Origin: Alkalispirochaeta sp.
Lineage (GTDB): Bacteria; Spirochaetota; Spirochaetia; DSM-27196; Alkalispirochaetaceae
NCBI GenBank assembly: GCA_965601925.1
Contig: OZ271854.1
Coordinates: 4,448,001 to 4,512,000 of the forward strand
DNA length: 64,000 bases
Direction: 5' to 3'
The notes under the pieces were generated by a model that made no database searches, was not told the DNA's origin, and was given only the letters and a program-made list of their open reading frames with translations. Shown here in pieces: positions 48,042 to 57,428 of this stretch (position 1 is the first letter of the stretch; each line of letters starts with the position of its first letter). Position numbers and translations under genes: made by a program.

Positions 48042-48131
48042 GGGCGTTAGTGTAGTCGGGAGCGGGAAACGCTGTCAATTTGTATATTGCTTAGGTTGGA
48101 TACAAGCCCTACAATTCTCCGAGAGGTAGAG

Positions 48132-50078
48132 ATGGCGTCAGTACAGGACATACGACGAATACTCCATACCTATGTAAAACACACCGGAAACCCTCGCGTC
48201 TCCTTCGAGGTGTTTACGCAGTTCGCGGCGCGTTTTGCAAAACGGTATTCCGCCGGGCATCCCGATCTGGCGCCGCTCACGACCGGAAGCGCTCCGGCGA
48301 TCGTCAAGGAGCATTTGGAGCAGCTGGAGAGCGACGGCTCGGTACAGATGGAAAAAAGTGAGGACGACGCGGTCGTCTCGCTCTACTATCCCGCTTTTTA
48401 CACGACCGAGATCGAACGGTGGTATCACGCTATGCAAGAGGACAGGGAGGTTTCCTTTCCCAGCGAAGAGCATTTGGGGCTGACTATCCCGTCAAACGTC
48501 CTGGAAACGATAAACGTTGCCGACGATCTGATGTATTGGCTTCAGACTCCCGGCGAAAACCTCGACCAGATTCTGCTACTCAAGTACCCGGACGGCATTC
48601 GTCCCGTCGTCACGACGGTCAAATTATTGCGAGAGACCATGCTCCCGCTCGTGGTCGGCAAGATCCGAGATTACTTGCGGATGGATAGAAACGGCAGCTA
48701 CATGGAAACGAAGTTGCGTTCCATTTTTCGCGGTCGGGAGATGCTCGTTCATGAAATCATCGAGACTACGCAGGTCCGGGTGGACGACGCCCTCAAATCG
48801 GTAACGGAACCGAGCGACTTTCATTTCCACTTTTGGACGCAGATGTCCAGCATGATCATTAAAGAGTACGCGCAGAAGGTGGAAAAACTCGATATGGAAC
48901 ACGGGTTTTGCCAAGCGGCGTACCTCCTGGGATACTACAGCGTCTTTCAAAAGGGGCGCCATCAGAAGGATCAAAAGCGTGCGGCGACCCACAAGATGCT
49001 TACCGGGCTCCTTCAAAAGCCGCCGTACGTCTTTACCGTCCAGGACGTCTATCAGCTAACCGACGACAAAGGTATACCGCTCACCAAGCTCGTGCAGCGC
49101 GACGAAATCAACGCGTGGCTGGAGGAGATGCTCAAGCGCCCCAGCGAGCATAAAATCTCCGAGCTCGTGAGTATTAACACGACTGCAAAAGAGGGTCTTA
49201 TGATCCACTCCACGCAGTACGTCCCTCTGTTGCTACGCCAAATCAAGGCCGCCTCGCCCGTCCTTCAGCGCGAGCTCACCGCCGAGATGACCTCCCTCAT
49301 GCTCCACGAACGCAAAGAGGAGTGGCTCACGGACAACGACGCCTTCGAACGCGACCTCGATCGGCGAGTGCGCGATGAGTTTTTCCTCCTCCACGGTCTG
49401 TGCACCTTTCAGACCCTCTTTCTCGTCATCGACGGGCAGGAGCTCCCCGCGGGGCTTCGGCAATCGGCAATCGCACTGATCGACGGTAATCATAAGAAAA
49501 TGCACGAATGGAGCGAGATTCTCGGACTCAATCGCGAGGCGCTGTACCGGGAGGCGCGCTTGCGTCTGCCGTTCTGGATGCTGATACCGGTTTTACGAGG
49601 ATTCGTGCGGCTCCTTCGCAAAATGTTCTCTACCGATGACCGCAGTCGCCAAGCGCCGCGCGCCGCAGCCAAGACGCTCGTGTCGTCGAAAAAAAAGCCG
49701 AGCGCATCGAGCGGTGCGACCGAGTCTCAACGAGAGGTAAAGCGCAAACAATTTCTCGATGCGCTGGCCGAAATGCAGAAGGAGTACATCTCCGGCGACC
49801 AGACCGCGGACCAGCGCCTGAAGGAGCTGCGTCGTCAATGGAATCCGCTCATCGATCCCGCCGCCGGCAATAATCTCGTGGAGGACGTCAACGCGCTGTG
49901 CCGCGACACGCTCCGTAGGATGCGGTATACCAGGACGCTTCAGCCGCCGAACCGACAACGGATTGAGGAGCTGGCCAAGCGTATCGCCTCCAACGATGCG
50001 TTCGATCGCATTAAGCGGCGTAAAGCCTTCGAGACCTATCTCAAGCTCTATATGCTTACGGCGCTCCGCCGAACGTAG
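48132..50078 (+). CDS. Large hypothetical protein (648 aa)
   Basis: Long open frame, GAGG SD before ATG 48132, TACAAT upstream; no motif recognised. Confidence 0.8.
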   Translation: MASVQDIRRILHTYVKHTGNPRVSFEVFTQFAARFAKRYSAGHPDLAPLTTGSAPAIVKEHLEQLESDGSVQMEKSEDDAVVSLYYPAFYTTEIERWYHAMQEDREVSFPSEEHLGLTIPSNVLETINVADDLMYWLQTPGENLDQILLLKYPDGIRPVVTTVKLLRETMLPLVVGKIRDYLRMDRNGSYMETKLRSIFRGREMLVHEIIETTQVRVDDALKSVTEPSDFHFHFWTQMSSMIIKEYAQKVEKLDMEHGFCQAAYLLGYYSVFQKGRHQKDQKRAATHKMLTGLLQKPPYVFTVQDVYQLTDDKGIPLTKLVQRDEINAWLEEMLKRPSEHKISELVSINTTAKEGLMIHSTQYVPLLLRQIKAASPVLQRELTAEMTSLMLHERKEEWLTDNDAFERDLDRRVRDEFFLLHGLCTFQTLFLVIDGQELPAGLRQSAIALIDGNHKKMHEWSEILGLNREALYREARLRLPFWMLIPVLRGFVRLLRKMFSTDDRSRQAPRAAAKTLVSSKKKPSASSGATESQREVKRKQFLDALAEMQKEYISGDQTADQRLKELRRQWNPLIDPAAGNNLVEDVNALCRDTLRRMRYTRTLQPPNRQRIEELAKRIASNDAFDRIKRRKAFETYLKLYMLTALRRT

Positions 50079-50613
50079 CATTCCGCGATGCATCGGATCG
50101 CCCGATATACACCGCCATCACGAAGTCTTCGTGCACCTCGGAACCGACCGCAAACTGTGTGTCCCCGACTATGACGAAGCCCTCCTTCTCGTAGAAGGCG
50201 ACGGCGCGCGCGTTTTCCTTGGAGACGGTCAGCCGGATGCGATCCCATCGCCGTTCTACGGCCGCCGCAAAGACGGCGGCCATTAATGCGCGGCCGACGC
50301 CCTTGCGATGGAACGCCGGCCGCACGTAGAGCTGCCGCACATTCCCGGCGGGGCTGCCCCAGTCTTCATCGACGTCGCAATCGCGTATCAGGGCATACCC
50401 CACGCGTTCTCCGCCGTAGTCGGCGACATAGAGCGCGGAGCGAACGTCGGCGAGGCTTGCACGAAATCGGGCCGGCGACAGCTCGCGTTGCAGATGATAT
50501 TCCACGTCTTTCGGGTTCGTTCGCGGTGGACAGGCGAGCGCGAACGTCTCACGAGCGATACGGGACACGGAGTCGATATCGCCGGCGGCCGCACGCCGCA
50601 CGACCACGCTCAC
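50056..50613 (-). CDS. GNAT family N-acetyltransferase
   Basis: QLYVRPAFHRKGVGRALM, LTVSKENARAVAFYEKEGF. Confidence 0.9.
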   Translation of the reverse strand: MSVVVRRAAAGDIDSVSRIARETFALACPPRTNPKDVEYHLQRELSPARFRASLADVRSALYVADYGGERVGYALIRDCDVDEDWGSPAGNVRQLYVRPAFHRKGVGRALMAAVFAAAVERRWDRIRLTVSKENARAVAFYEKEGFVIVGDTQFAVGSEVHEDFVMAVYIGRSDASRNATFGGAP

Positions 50614-50882
50614 GGCTGGGACCGTGGGAAGCGTCGCGCCGCCGGATTCGCGTCGACTCCATCGAGCCTCGGCTCGCGGTATCCCTCGCGGCGCGCGAGA
50701 TCGTGGAGGATCGCCGGAAGACGCGTCTCCACGCCGCGCCCACGCGCGGAAGAGCGTACGGCGATACCGTCTAAAAGCAACCGCCCCGGCTCGGGCGTGC
50801 GCCCATACAGCGAGAGCATCAAGGCGGCCCGTGTACCGCGAACGTACTCGATCTCATGCTCCGTCATACCGCACGCCTCCAA
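50610..50882 (-). pseudogene. Degenerate GNAT fragment
   Basis: LLLDGIAVRSSARGRGVETRLP..LARREGYREPRLDGVDANPAARRF: GNAT motifs with disruptive substitutions, N-terminal half and final strand missing. Confidence 0.6.
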
Positions 50883-50939
50883 AAGCCGTGTATCGTATCA
50901 CATTACGAGACTTGGATAGCCGCATCCCCGCGCATGTCG

Positions 50940-52913
50940 TCAGCCGGCGGTGGCATCCTTCGCCGGTTCCTCGTCGACAAAGCGACAGATCAGCATCGTC
51001 ATATCGTCGTGTTGTGCCGCTCCGGCGACAAAATCGTCGATGCTCGCCATCATGGTGCTCAGTACCGAAGAGCTCTCGGCGTTCCAATCGGAGCCGTTCG
51101 AGAGCGTCTGCAGCAGTGAAATGAGGCGTTCGGATCCGAAACTACGCCCCTCGGCGTCGAAGGCTTCCACCACGCCGTCGGTAAACAGCACCAGGGTCGA
51201 GCCCGGCGTAAAGGCGATCGTACGGGAGGGATATTCGCCGTCGGCCTCAATTCCGATCGGCAGTCCGTCGGCGTCGAGTTCGGTGATGCGAGGCGCATCG
51301 ACGCGGTGGACCAGCGCGGGATGGTGACCGGCGTTGGCAAAGGACAGACGCATTAGTCGCGGCTCGAAGATGATAACGCTCGCGGTAGCGAATCGATCGA
51401 GCTCGAGCGCTCCGCTCACGCCGGCGTTGATCATTTTCAACACCTCTCCCGCGTCCTGGGTCTGTTGCAGCACAATGTGGGCGATGGTTCGTACCATGAC
51501 CATAACCAATGCCGCCGGCACACCCTTCCCCGAGACGTCGCAAATGAGCACGGCGGTCCGATCGTCACCCAACGGAATGACGTCATAGTAGTCGCCGCCC
51601 ACACCGAGGGCCGGTCGACTGGTCCCCGCAAACTCCATCACCCCGTTGCGCAGCGTCGGCGGCGCCTGCAGCCGATTCTGGATGTCCCCGGCAATTTCGA
51701 TTTCCCGTTGAATACGGTAACTATAGTAGTTATCAAGGGTTACCGCGACGAAGTTCGCCATCGTACGGGCGTGATCGAACTCTACGGCGGTAAATCGGCG
51801 TGACGACTCTCGACGAATGACGCTTAACAACCCCAATACCTCATGACGAACCACCAGGGGCAACACGAGTACCGATCGAAGGTGGAGAACCCGGTCCGCG
51901 GCGTGGTCCTTGAACGCCGGCTCCTGCGCGGCGTCCTCAATGATACGCGCCGTTCCCGACGCGAGTGCCGCTCCCCATACCGGCATGTCGTGGGTGATGT
52001 CGAGGCTCATGAGAAAGCCGCGGAGCGCACCCTGCTTCGTTTTGACGATATCCGGCACGGCGACCGGGGGTGGGAAGAGGCCGTTTACGGCGCACACCCT
52101 GATCTGCCCCGCTTCCGAGATGATCGCGACCCCCGCATCCGCGTCGGTCGCCTCGACCATCGTATCTATTGCAGCGCGTAGGATCGTCTCCGGGTCGCGT
52201 CCGCTACCCAACGAACGCCCCACGCCCGAGAGAAATCCGAACAGCGAACGCGTGTTCCGACGGAGACTCCGCGTTCGCTCACGTTGCTCTTGGAGCGCGT
52301 AGTGCATTGCATAGAGCGAGAGAATCACGAAGGGCGCCAGGGCGGTAATCGCAACGACCGATTCAAACACGGCGAAGCTGAGGGGGACGGCCGCGTATAA
52401 CACGCTCTGCCCCATCAGGGCGACCTGGAGATACGGTTTGATCGTCTCGACTTCGCGTGCTCGGCGGTACGAAAAGCGATCGATCCGCAGGATCGCAACG
52501 AACGTTACGGCAAACAAGAGGAGCGGTGTGAGATAGATCACGACGCGTCGCATCATCGCGGCGTTCGCCCCTAGAAACCACGACATTCCGAACACCGCAA
52601 CCGCGACGGAAGAGCCGGCGATCGCGGCGATGAAAGTGCGGTTGGTACGGCGATATCGTCCGGTCCAACGGAGCAGCATCAGATAGACGGCAATCTCTCC
52701 GGACACTCGAACGACGGGAAGCAGAGCCGGCTGAACGATCGGCAGGAACGTTGCCGCGATATCGCGAACGAGGAGGATTTTTGCCGCAACGAGCAAAAAC
52801 GTCACGTCACCGCGGCGAGTAGCGATTCTTACGAATCGGGCGATAAGGAAGAGAAAAAGGGCGGTGAAGAACCGCGACCACAGCGGCACTGACGGCAATA
52901 GCGGCACGAGCAT
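50940..52913 (-). CDS. Membrane GAF + SpoIIE/PP2C (RsbU-like) phosphatase
   Basis: N-terminal TM helices; GAF; VGGDYYD, CDVSGKGVPAAL, FTDGVVE, HDDMT; TTGACC-N17-TAGAGT upstream. Confidence 0.92.
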   Translation of the reverse strand: MLVPLLPSVPLWSRFFTALFLFLIARFVRIATRRGDVTFLLVAAKILLVRDIAATFLPIVQPALLPVVRVSGEIAVYLMLLRWTGRYRRTNRTFIAAIAGSSVAVAVFGMSWFLGANAAMMRRVVIYLTPLLLFAVTFVAILRIDRFSYRRAREVETIKPYLQVALMGQSVLYAAVPLSFAVFESVVAITALAPFVILSLYAMHYALQEQRERTRSLRRNTRSLFGFLSGVGRSLGSGRDPETILRAAIDTMVEATDADAGVAIISEAGQIRVCAVNGLFPPPVAVPDIVKTKQGALRGFLMSLDITHDMPVWGAALASGTARIIEDAAQEPAFKDHAADRVLHLRSVLVLPLVVRHEVLGLLSVIRRESSRRFTAVEFDHARTMANFVAVTLDNYYSYRIQREIEIAGDIQNRLQAPPTLRNGVMEFAGTSRPALGVGGDYYDVIPLGDDRTAVLICDVSGKGVPAALVMVMVRTIAHIVLQQTQDAGEVLKMINAGVSGALELDRFATASVIIFEPRLMRLSFANAGHHPALVHRVDAPRITELDADGLPIGIEADGEYPSRTIAFTPGSTLVLFTDGVVEAFDAEGRSFGSERLISLLQTLSNGSDWNAESSSVLSTMMASIDDFVAGAAQHDDMTMLICRFVDEEPAKDATAG

Positions 52914-53079
52914 GGGGACATGCTCACTCTACCACTGTGGTCGGGGCGGGTCAACGAAGGCCGAAATCGGTCCGATCGTACTCATCGTGAGAGGATGCAT
53001 CGAAGGCTGCGCGAATCGTGTGAGTGACAACTTGATCGATCGCGACTGAGTGAGGTACAACTCCTTCCGGAGGTCGTAG

Positions 53080-53748
53080 TTGAAGTTTCTCGCGTGGTTA
53101 TGTTTGGTCGGCGCGGTCTGGGGCGGAAACGTGTATGGCCGGCAAAACGATGCCGACCCCCGGGACGATACGTCCTCCGATCGCGATGTAGCCATAGTAC
53201 TCCAAGCGCTCGATCGAGAGCGACGAGAGATACTACGGTTCGCCGGACTGAGCTCCGTCGCCGGCCTCGGGGCGGTGGGTCTCTATAGCACCGCTTACGC
53301 AACGCGCGGCGACGGGGTCCTCGCGCTGACGGCGTTGGGACTGTTGGCGGGGGACCTCGTTCTGGCGAACCGAGCCGTCGCCGCGACTCAGGACTACATC
53401 AACCTGGTACGATTGGTCGATCCGGGACTCGATACTCGACCCCTCTCACGCTCGGCACAAACGGTCAGAGCATCCTTTACGCTCCTTGGCGGAGGAGTGG
53501 GTGTAGCACTGGGCGGGCTTGTCGTAGCCAGCTTTCCGGCCCTCTGGTCGTTAGTCGACGGCGAAAATCGAGAACAGTTGGCGAGGACGGCCGGGTACAT
53601 TCTCATCGGCGGTGCCGTCGCGGGAGGATCAATGGTCGCAATCTCGTTTCCGTTGCGCATCGGTGGAACGATGGCGATGCGACGTCGCGTTCGATCGCTT
53701 CACGAAGAGGCGTACGCAGCAGTCGACCGGGCGAGCGGACACAACTAA
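53080..53748 (+). CDS. Hypothetical membrane/exported protein
   Basis: GGAGG SD + TTG; signal-like N-terminus; Gly-rich hydrophobic helices. Confidence 0.6.
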   Translation: MKFLAWLCLVGAVWGGNVYGRQNDADPRDDTSSDRDVAIVLQALDRERREILRFAGLSSVAGLGAVGLYSTAYATRGDGVLALTALGLLAGDLVLANRAVAATQDYINLVRLVDPGLDTRPLSRSAQTVRASFTLLGGGVGVALGGLVVASFPALWSLVDGENREQLARTAGYILIGGAVAGGSMVAISFPLRIGGTMAMRRRVRSLHEEAYAAVDRASGHN

Positions 53749-53834
53749 TCGTAGACGCAATCCGCGGCCTCACCTCCGAACGGCGCACGGCAGCCGAACA
53801 CGAACGCGGTGCGCCCACCCATACGGCACGTTTC

Positions 53835-53865
53835 GACCGTGGAGGGGCATTACCCCTCCATGGTC
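53835..53865. terminator. Hairpin between convergent genes
   Basis: GACCGTGGAGGGG-CATTA-CCCCTCCATGGTC, 4 nt from the stop at 53870; no clear T tract. Confidence 0.6.
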
Positions 53866-53869
53866 AGCA

Positions 53870-55537
53870 TTACCGGGTTTCGATCTTGTATATCGCGACC
53901 GTACCGGAGAGCTCGTAGCCGACGACGACAAGCGGCTCGCCGTTGGGACTCTCGTCGGCGGAAATGAATACCATCCCTTCCGGGGAAATGTCGTTTCCGG
54001 GATCTCCGCTTCCGTCGTTAGAGAGCACGTACTCCACGAACACCGGTTGTGCCGGATCGGATATATCCCACACGACGAAGCCACCCAGCGCGCGCTCGAG
54101 TCCGAGAAATGCGTATGGGCGTCCTCCGACGATTCCGGTCACGACGGCCTCCGGCTCCGGTCCCTTGTCGTCGCTGCGTGCGTCGAACTCTTCGACGAGA
54201 CCGTCGTTCGCGTTGAATCCGTCGGGGGTAATACGCGACAGTACGCGTTCGAGTTCGGCGCCGGTATCGGCAAAGAGGCTGAGACTATCTCCGTCGGCGG
54301 CCCATACCGTCATGGAACGTCCGCCGTACACATAGATCTGGTCGATATCACCGTCGTCGTCGATATCGCCGGTCGCGTCGGTCGTGCGTAATCGTCCGAG
54401 GACGGCATCGTCCACGAGCGCTGCGGCGTTCGGATATGCGCCGCCGTCGAGTGTAAGGTCGGCGATGCGCGTCTCCTCGCTGTACCCGTCGTAGTCGCGG
54501 GCGTCGCCCTCGTTGGCGCTCAATAGATACTGTCGTCCGTCGATGACAATCGCCGTTATCGCATCGGGCTGGTACATCCCGAGTATCGGCGCCGTGCGAA
54601 GAAGAATCTCGCCGTCGCGGTCGCTCGTGTCCAGCTCGTTCTCCGCACGGCTGTGATCCTTGAATCCGAGCGGCACGACCGCACGAACTCGAGCGGCGCG
54701 GATATCGACGACCGCAACGGCGTTGTTCTCCTGGAGCGAGACCCAAGCTGTGCGCGAATCGTCGCTCACGGCGATATACTCAGGCTCGAGATCCTCCGCG
54801 ACGCTCGCTCCGGGGCCGAAGATGCGCACACCCTGTGCGACAAGTGCCGCCCGACGGTCGTTAAAGGCGGTAAAGTCGGCGGTGCGCACCGTCGCGCCGC
54901 CGTAGCCGGAGGAGAGGTCGACAACGGTGATCGAGCCTTCCGGGTCGACGGTATAGTCGTCCGACGGCTCTCCTTCGTCGGCGGACAAGAGGTATCGTCC
55001 GTCGGGGGTAAACGTCACCATATCGGGCAACACGCCGGCCTCGAAGGAGGCCACGACCTCGCCGTCGAGATCCATAAGAAGGAGCGTTCCCCGATCGTCC
55101 ACCTCTTCGGCCTCCATAGCAACGGCGAGGTAGCCGCCGTGTACCGCGACGCTGTTGGCGGAGGCCCCGTACCGGCCGACGTCGATATGTCGAATGAGCT
55201 CGGGCCGCGTGGGATCGGCGATATCAACGATATCGACCGACCTTTGCGCGGCGTTAACGACATAAATCCGCCGCGACTCGGCACTGTAGGCGACGATCTC
55301 CGCCGCGCCTTCGCCCAAACCGGAGTCAAAACCGCCGATCTTGTCGACGCCGACAATACTGAGCCGGTCCGCGGTATCGTGAGAGCCCTCCCGCATATCG
55401 TCGTCGTCGGTCTCACGAAGTTGGGCCCCCGAACGCGACTCCACCGCCGGAGCTCCCGCATCGTCCTGAGCTCCGCCGGCCGACACGCTTCCCACGGCGA
55501 TCAGAGCCGGGATGATCAAAAGAACGTAACGCTTCAT
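53870..55537 (-). CDS. Choice-of-anchor I family exported protein (alkaline-phosphatase-associated beta-propeller)
   Basis: AAEIVAY, GVLPDMVTFTPDG, ADEGEPSDDYTVDPEGS, LEPEYI, GMYQPD, ANEGDARD, RSDDKGPEPE, ISPEG. Confidence 0.85.
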   Translation of the reverse strand: MKRYVLLIIPALIAVGSVSAGGAQDDAGAPAVESRSGAQLRETDDDDMREGSHDTADRLSIVGVDKIGGFDSGLGEGAAEIVAYSAESRRIYVVNAAQRSVDIVDIADPTRPELIRHIDVGRYGASANSVAVHGGYLAVAMEAEEVDDRGTLLLMDLDGEVVASFEAGVLPDMVTFTPDGRYLLSADEGEPSDDYTVDPEGSITVVDLSSGYGGATVRTADFTAFNDRRAALVAQGVRIFGPGASVAEDLEPEYIAVSDDSRTAWVSLQENNAVAVVDIRAARVRAVVPLGFKDHSRAENELDTSDRDGEILLRTAPILGMYQPDAITAIVIDGRQYLLSANEGDARDYDGYSEETRIADLTLDGGAYPNAAALVDDAVLGRLRTTDATGDIDDDGDIDQIYVYGGRSMTVWAADGDSLSLFADTGAELERVLSRITPDGFNANDGLVEEFDARSDDKGPEPEAVVTGIVGGRPYAFLGLERALGGFVVWDISDPAQPVFVEYVLSNDGSGDPGNDISPEGMVFISADESPNGEPLVVVGYELSGTVAIYKIETR

Positions 55538-55691
55538 CCGTTCCTCCTCCTATGAAATTGCCGTAAAAGTTGTGCGATGTTCGTGAGAAAACCTTTACGA
55601 TTGAGTCAGGTTTGCATCAGTAGCGAGCGTGATTACTGTTGGATTGCCTCCGTAGCGCTCCACTCTGCTCTCGTGATACGATCCCGCCGTC

Positions 55692-56528
55692 ATGAAAAGA
55701 ACACTATTATCGAATCATTCGATATCGATACCGAGCGCACTCATCCTTGCGCTCTTGTTCGCGGTGAGCGCCACACGCCCGGTGCACGCGCAGTCGGCGC
55801 TCGAATGGGCCGCCGAGGAGCGTGCACGGTTTGACGGGTTACCGACCGTTTCGGTCGCCACCGACAGCACGTGGCCGCCGATGGAGTACATCAATACGGA
55901 TCGGGAGTTGGTCGGATTCGATATCGACCTCCTGCGGGAAGTGGGCCTGCGAGCCGGATTCCGTCCGGAGTTTCGGACCGTAGCGTGGGACGGTATCTTC
56001 GCCGGATTGGCGGCGCGGCAGTACGACATGATCGCATCCTCGGTCACACTCCTTGAGGAGCGTACGCGCGTCATGCGTTTTTCTACTCCCTACTTTCGCG
56101 CGGCGCAATACCTCGTCGTCCGCGCCGAGCAGGCGACGGTCGAGGAAATATCCGACCTCGCCGGAGGTACCGTAGGCGCTCAAATAGGCACCACCGGATC
56201 ACGTTTGATTGCCGCGACCCCGGGAGTCGAGGTTAGAACCTACGACGATCTCGGCCTCGCGGTCGAAGACTTGGCCAACGGTCGCCTGGAGGGTATCGTC
56301 GCCGATACGGCGATCGTGGAGTATTTCGTCATGTCGAACGAGCGCTACGGATCGATTCTTCGCGTCGTGGACGAGCCGTACGCTATTGAGGATTACGCCT
56401 TTGCAATCCGCATGGATCTTCCGGGGTTGCAGGCCGATATCAATCGAGCCTTGGTGGAGATCGAACGCGACGGAACGCTCGAGCACCTGCGCCGTTTCTG
56501 GTTTCGCAACCTCCCGGACCATCCGTAA
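55692..56528 (+). CDS. Polar amino acid ABC transporter substrate-binding protein (family 3)
   Basis: ATDSTWPPMEY, GFDIDL, AWDGIFAGL, FSTPY, GAQIGTTG; no cognate permease adjacent. Confidence 0.92.
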   Translation: MKRTLLSNHSISIPSALILALLFAVSATRPVHAQSALEWAAEERARFDGLPTVSVATDSTWPPMEYINTDRELVGFDIDLLREVGLRAGFRPEFRTVAWDGIFAGLAARQYDMIASSVTLLEERTRVMRFSTPYFRAAQYLVVRAEQATVEEISDLAGGTVGAQIGTTGSRLIAATPGVEVRTYDDLGLAVEDLANGRLEGIVADTAIVEYFVMSNERYGSILRVVDEPYAIEDYAFAIRMDLPGLQADINRALVEIERDGTLEHLRRFWFRNLPDHP

Positions 56529-56552
56529 GCGCACCGTCAGGAGGAGCAAACC

Positions 56553-57410
56553 GTGCCTGAGCTCCCGGAAGTACATACCGTCGTCGAGGATTTGAGAGCG
56601 GCGGGCCTCATCGGGGCGCGTATACTCAGGGCCGACGTATCGTGGGAACGCACCGTCGGCGGAGACCCCGAAGCATTCTGCTCGGCTGTGACCGCTCGCC
56701 GTATCGACGCAGTATCGAGGCGCGGCAAGTACATCCGCGCCGATCTCAGCGGCGGGATGTCGCTTCTGGTACACCTCCGTATGAGCGGGAGACTCTTTTT
56801 AGAGAATGAGTCGGCGCCGCGTACCGGCTACGAGCGGGTCAGCCTCCTTCTTGAGGAAGAACGATCCGGACGGACGTCCAGACGAGAGTTACGGTTCCAC
56901 GATCCACGGAAGTTCGCCCGGATGATCGCCACCTCCCACCCCGATACGATTCTCGATACTTTGGGGATCGAACCGCTGGGCGCCGACTTCGACGAGGCGA
57001 CGCTCGCGACGCTTCTGACCGGTCGACGCCGTATCAAACCGCTATTGCTCGATCAGACGGTGATAGCGGGTCTCGGCAATATCTATGTCGACGAGGCGTT
57101 GTGGCACGCCCGCATTCACCCCTTGAGATCGGCGTCGTCGTTAACGGAACGCGAGATCACCGCGCTGGCGGAGGCCATTCCCCTCGTGCTCCGACGCGGT
57201 ATTCGTAACTTGGGCACCAGCCTGGGCTCGGGAAAGAGTAATTTTTACTTCCCCGACCGTACGACGCAGGCGCGTAATCAGGAGGAACTCAGGGTGTTTC
57301 GACGCACCGGCCTCCCGTGTCCGCGCTGCGGCGAGACGATAGAGCGCCTCGTCGTCGCCCAACGATCGAGTCACGTATGCCCGGTGTGCCAGTCGGCCCC
57401 GACGCGTTGA
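56553..57410 (+). CDS. mutM: Formamidopyrimidine-DNA glycosylase
   Basis: PELPEV start, RRGKY, HLRMSG, DPRKF, LLDQTVIAGLGNIYVDEAL, CPRC..CPVCQ zinc finger. Confidence 0.96.
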   Translation: MPELPEVHTVVEDLRAAGLIGARILRADVSWERTVGGDPEAFCSAVTARRIDAVSRRGKYIRADLSGGMSLLVHLRMSGRLFLENESAPRTGYERVSLLLEEERSGRTSRRELRFHDPRKFARMIATSHPDTILDTLGIEPLGADFDEATLATLLTGRRRIKPLLLDQTVIAGLGNIYVDEALWHARIHPLRSASSLTEREITALAEAIPLVLRRGIRNLGTSLGSGKSNFYFPDRTTQARNQEELRVFRRTGLPCPRCGETIERLVVAQRSSHVCPVCQSAPTR

Positions 57411-57428
57411 TGTCCCGTCGCGCTACCG

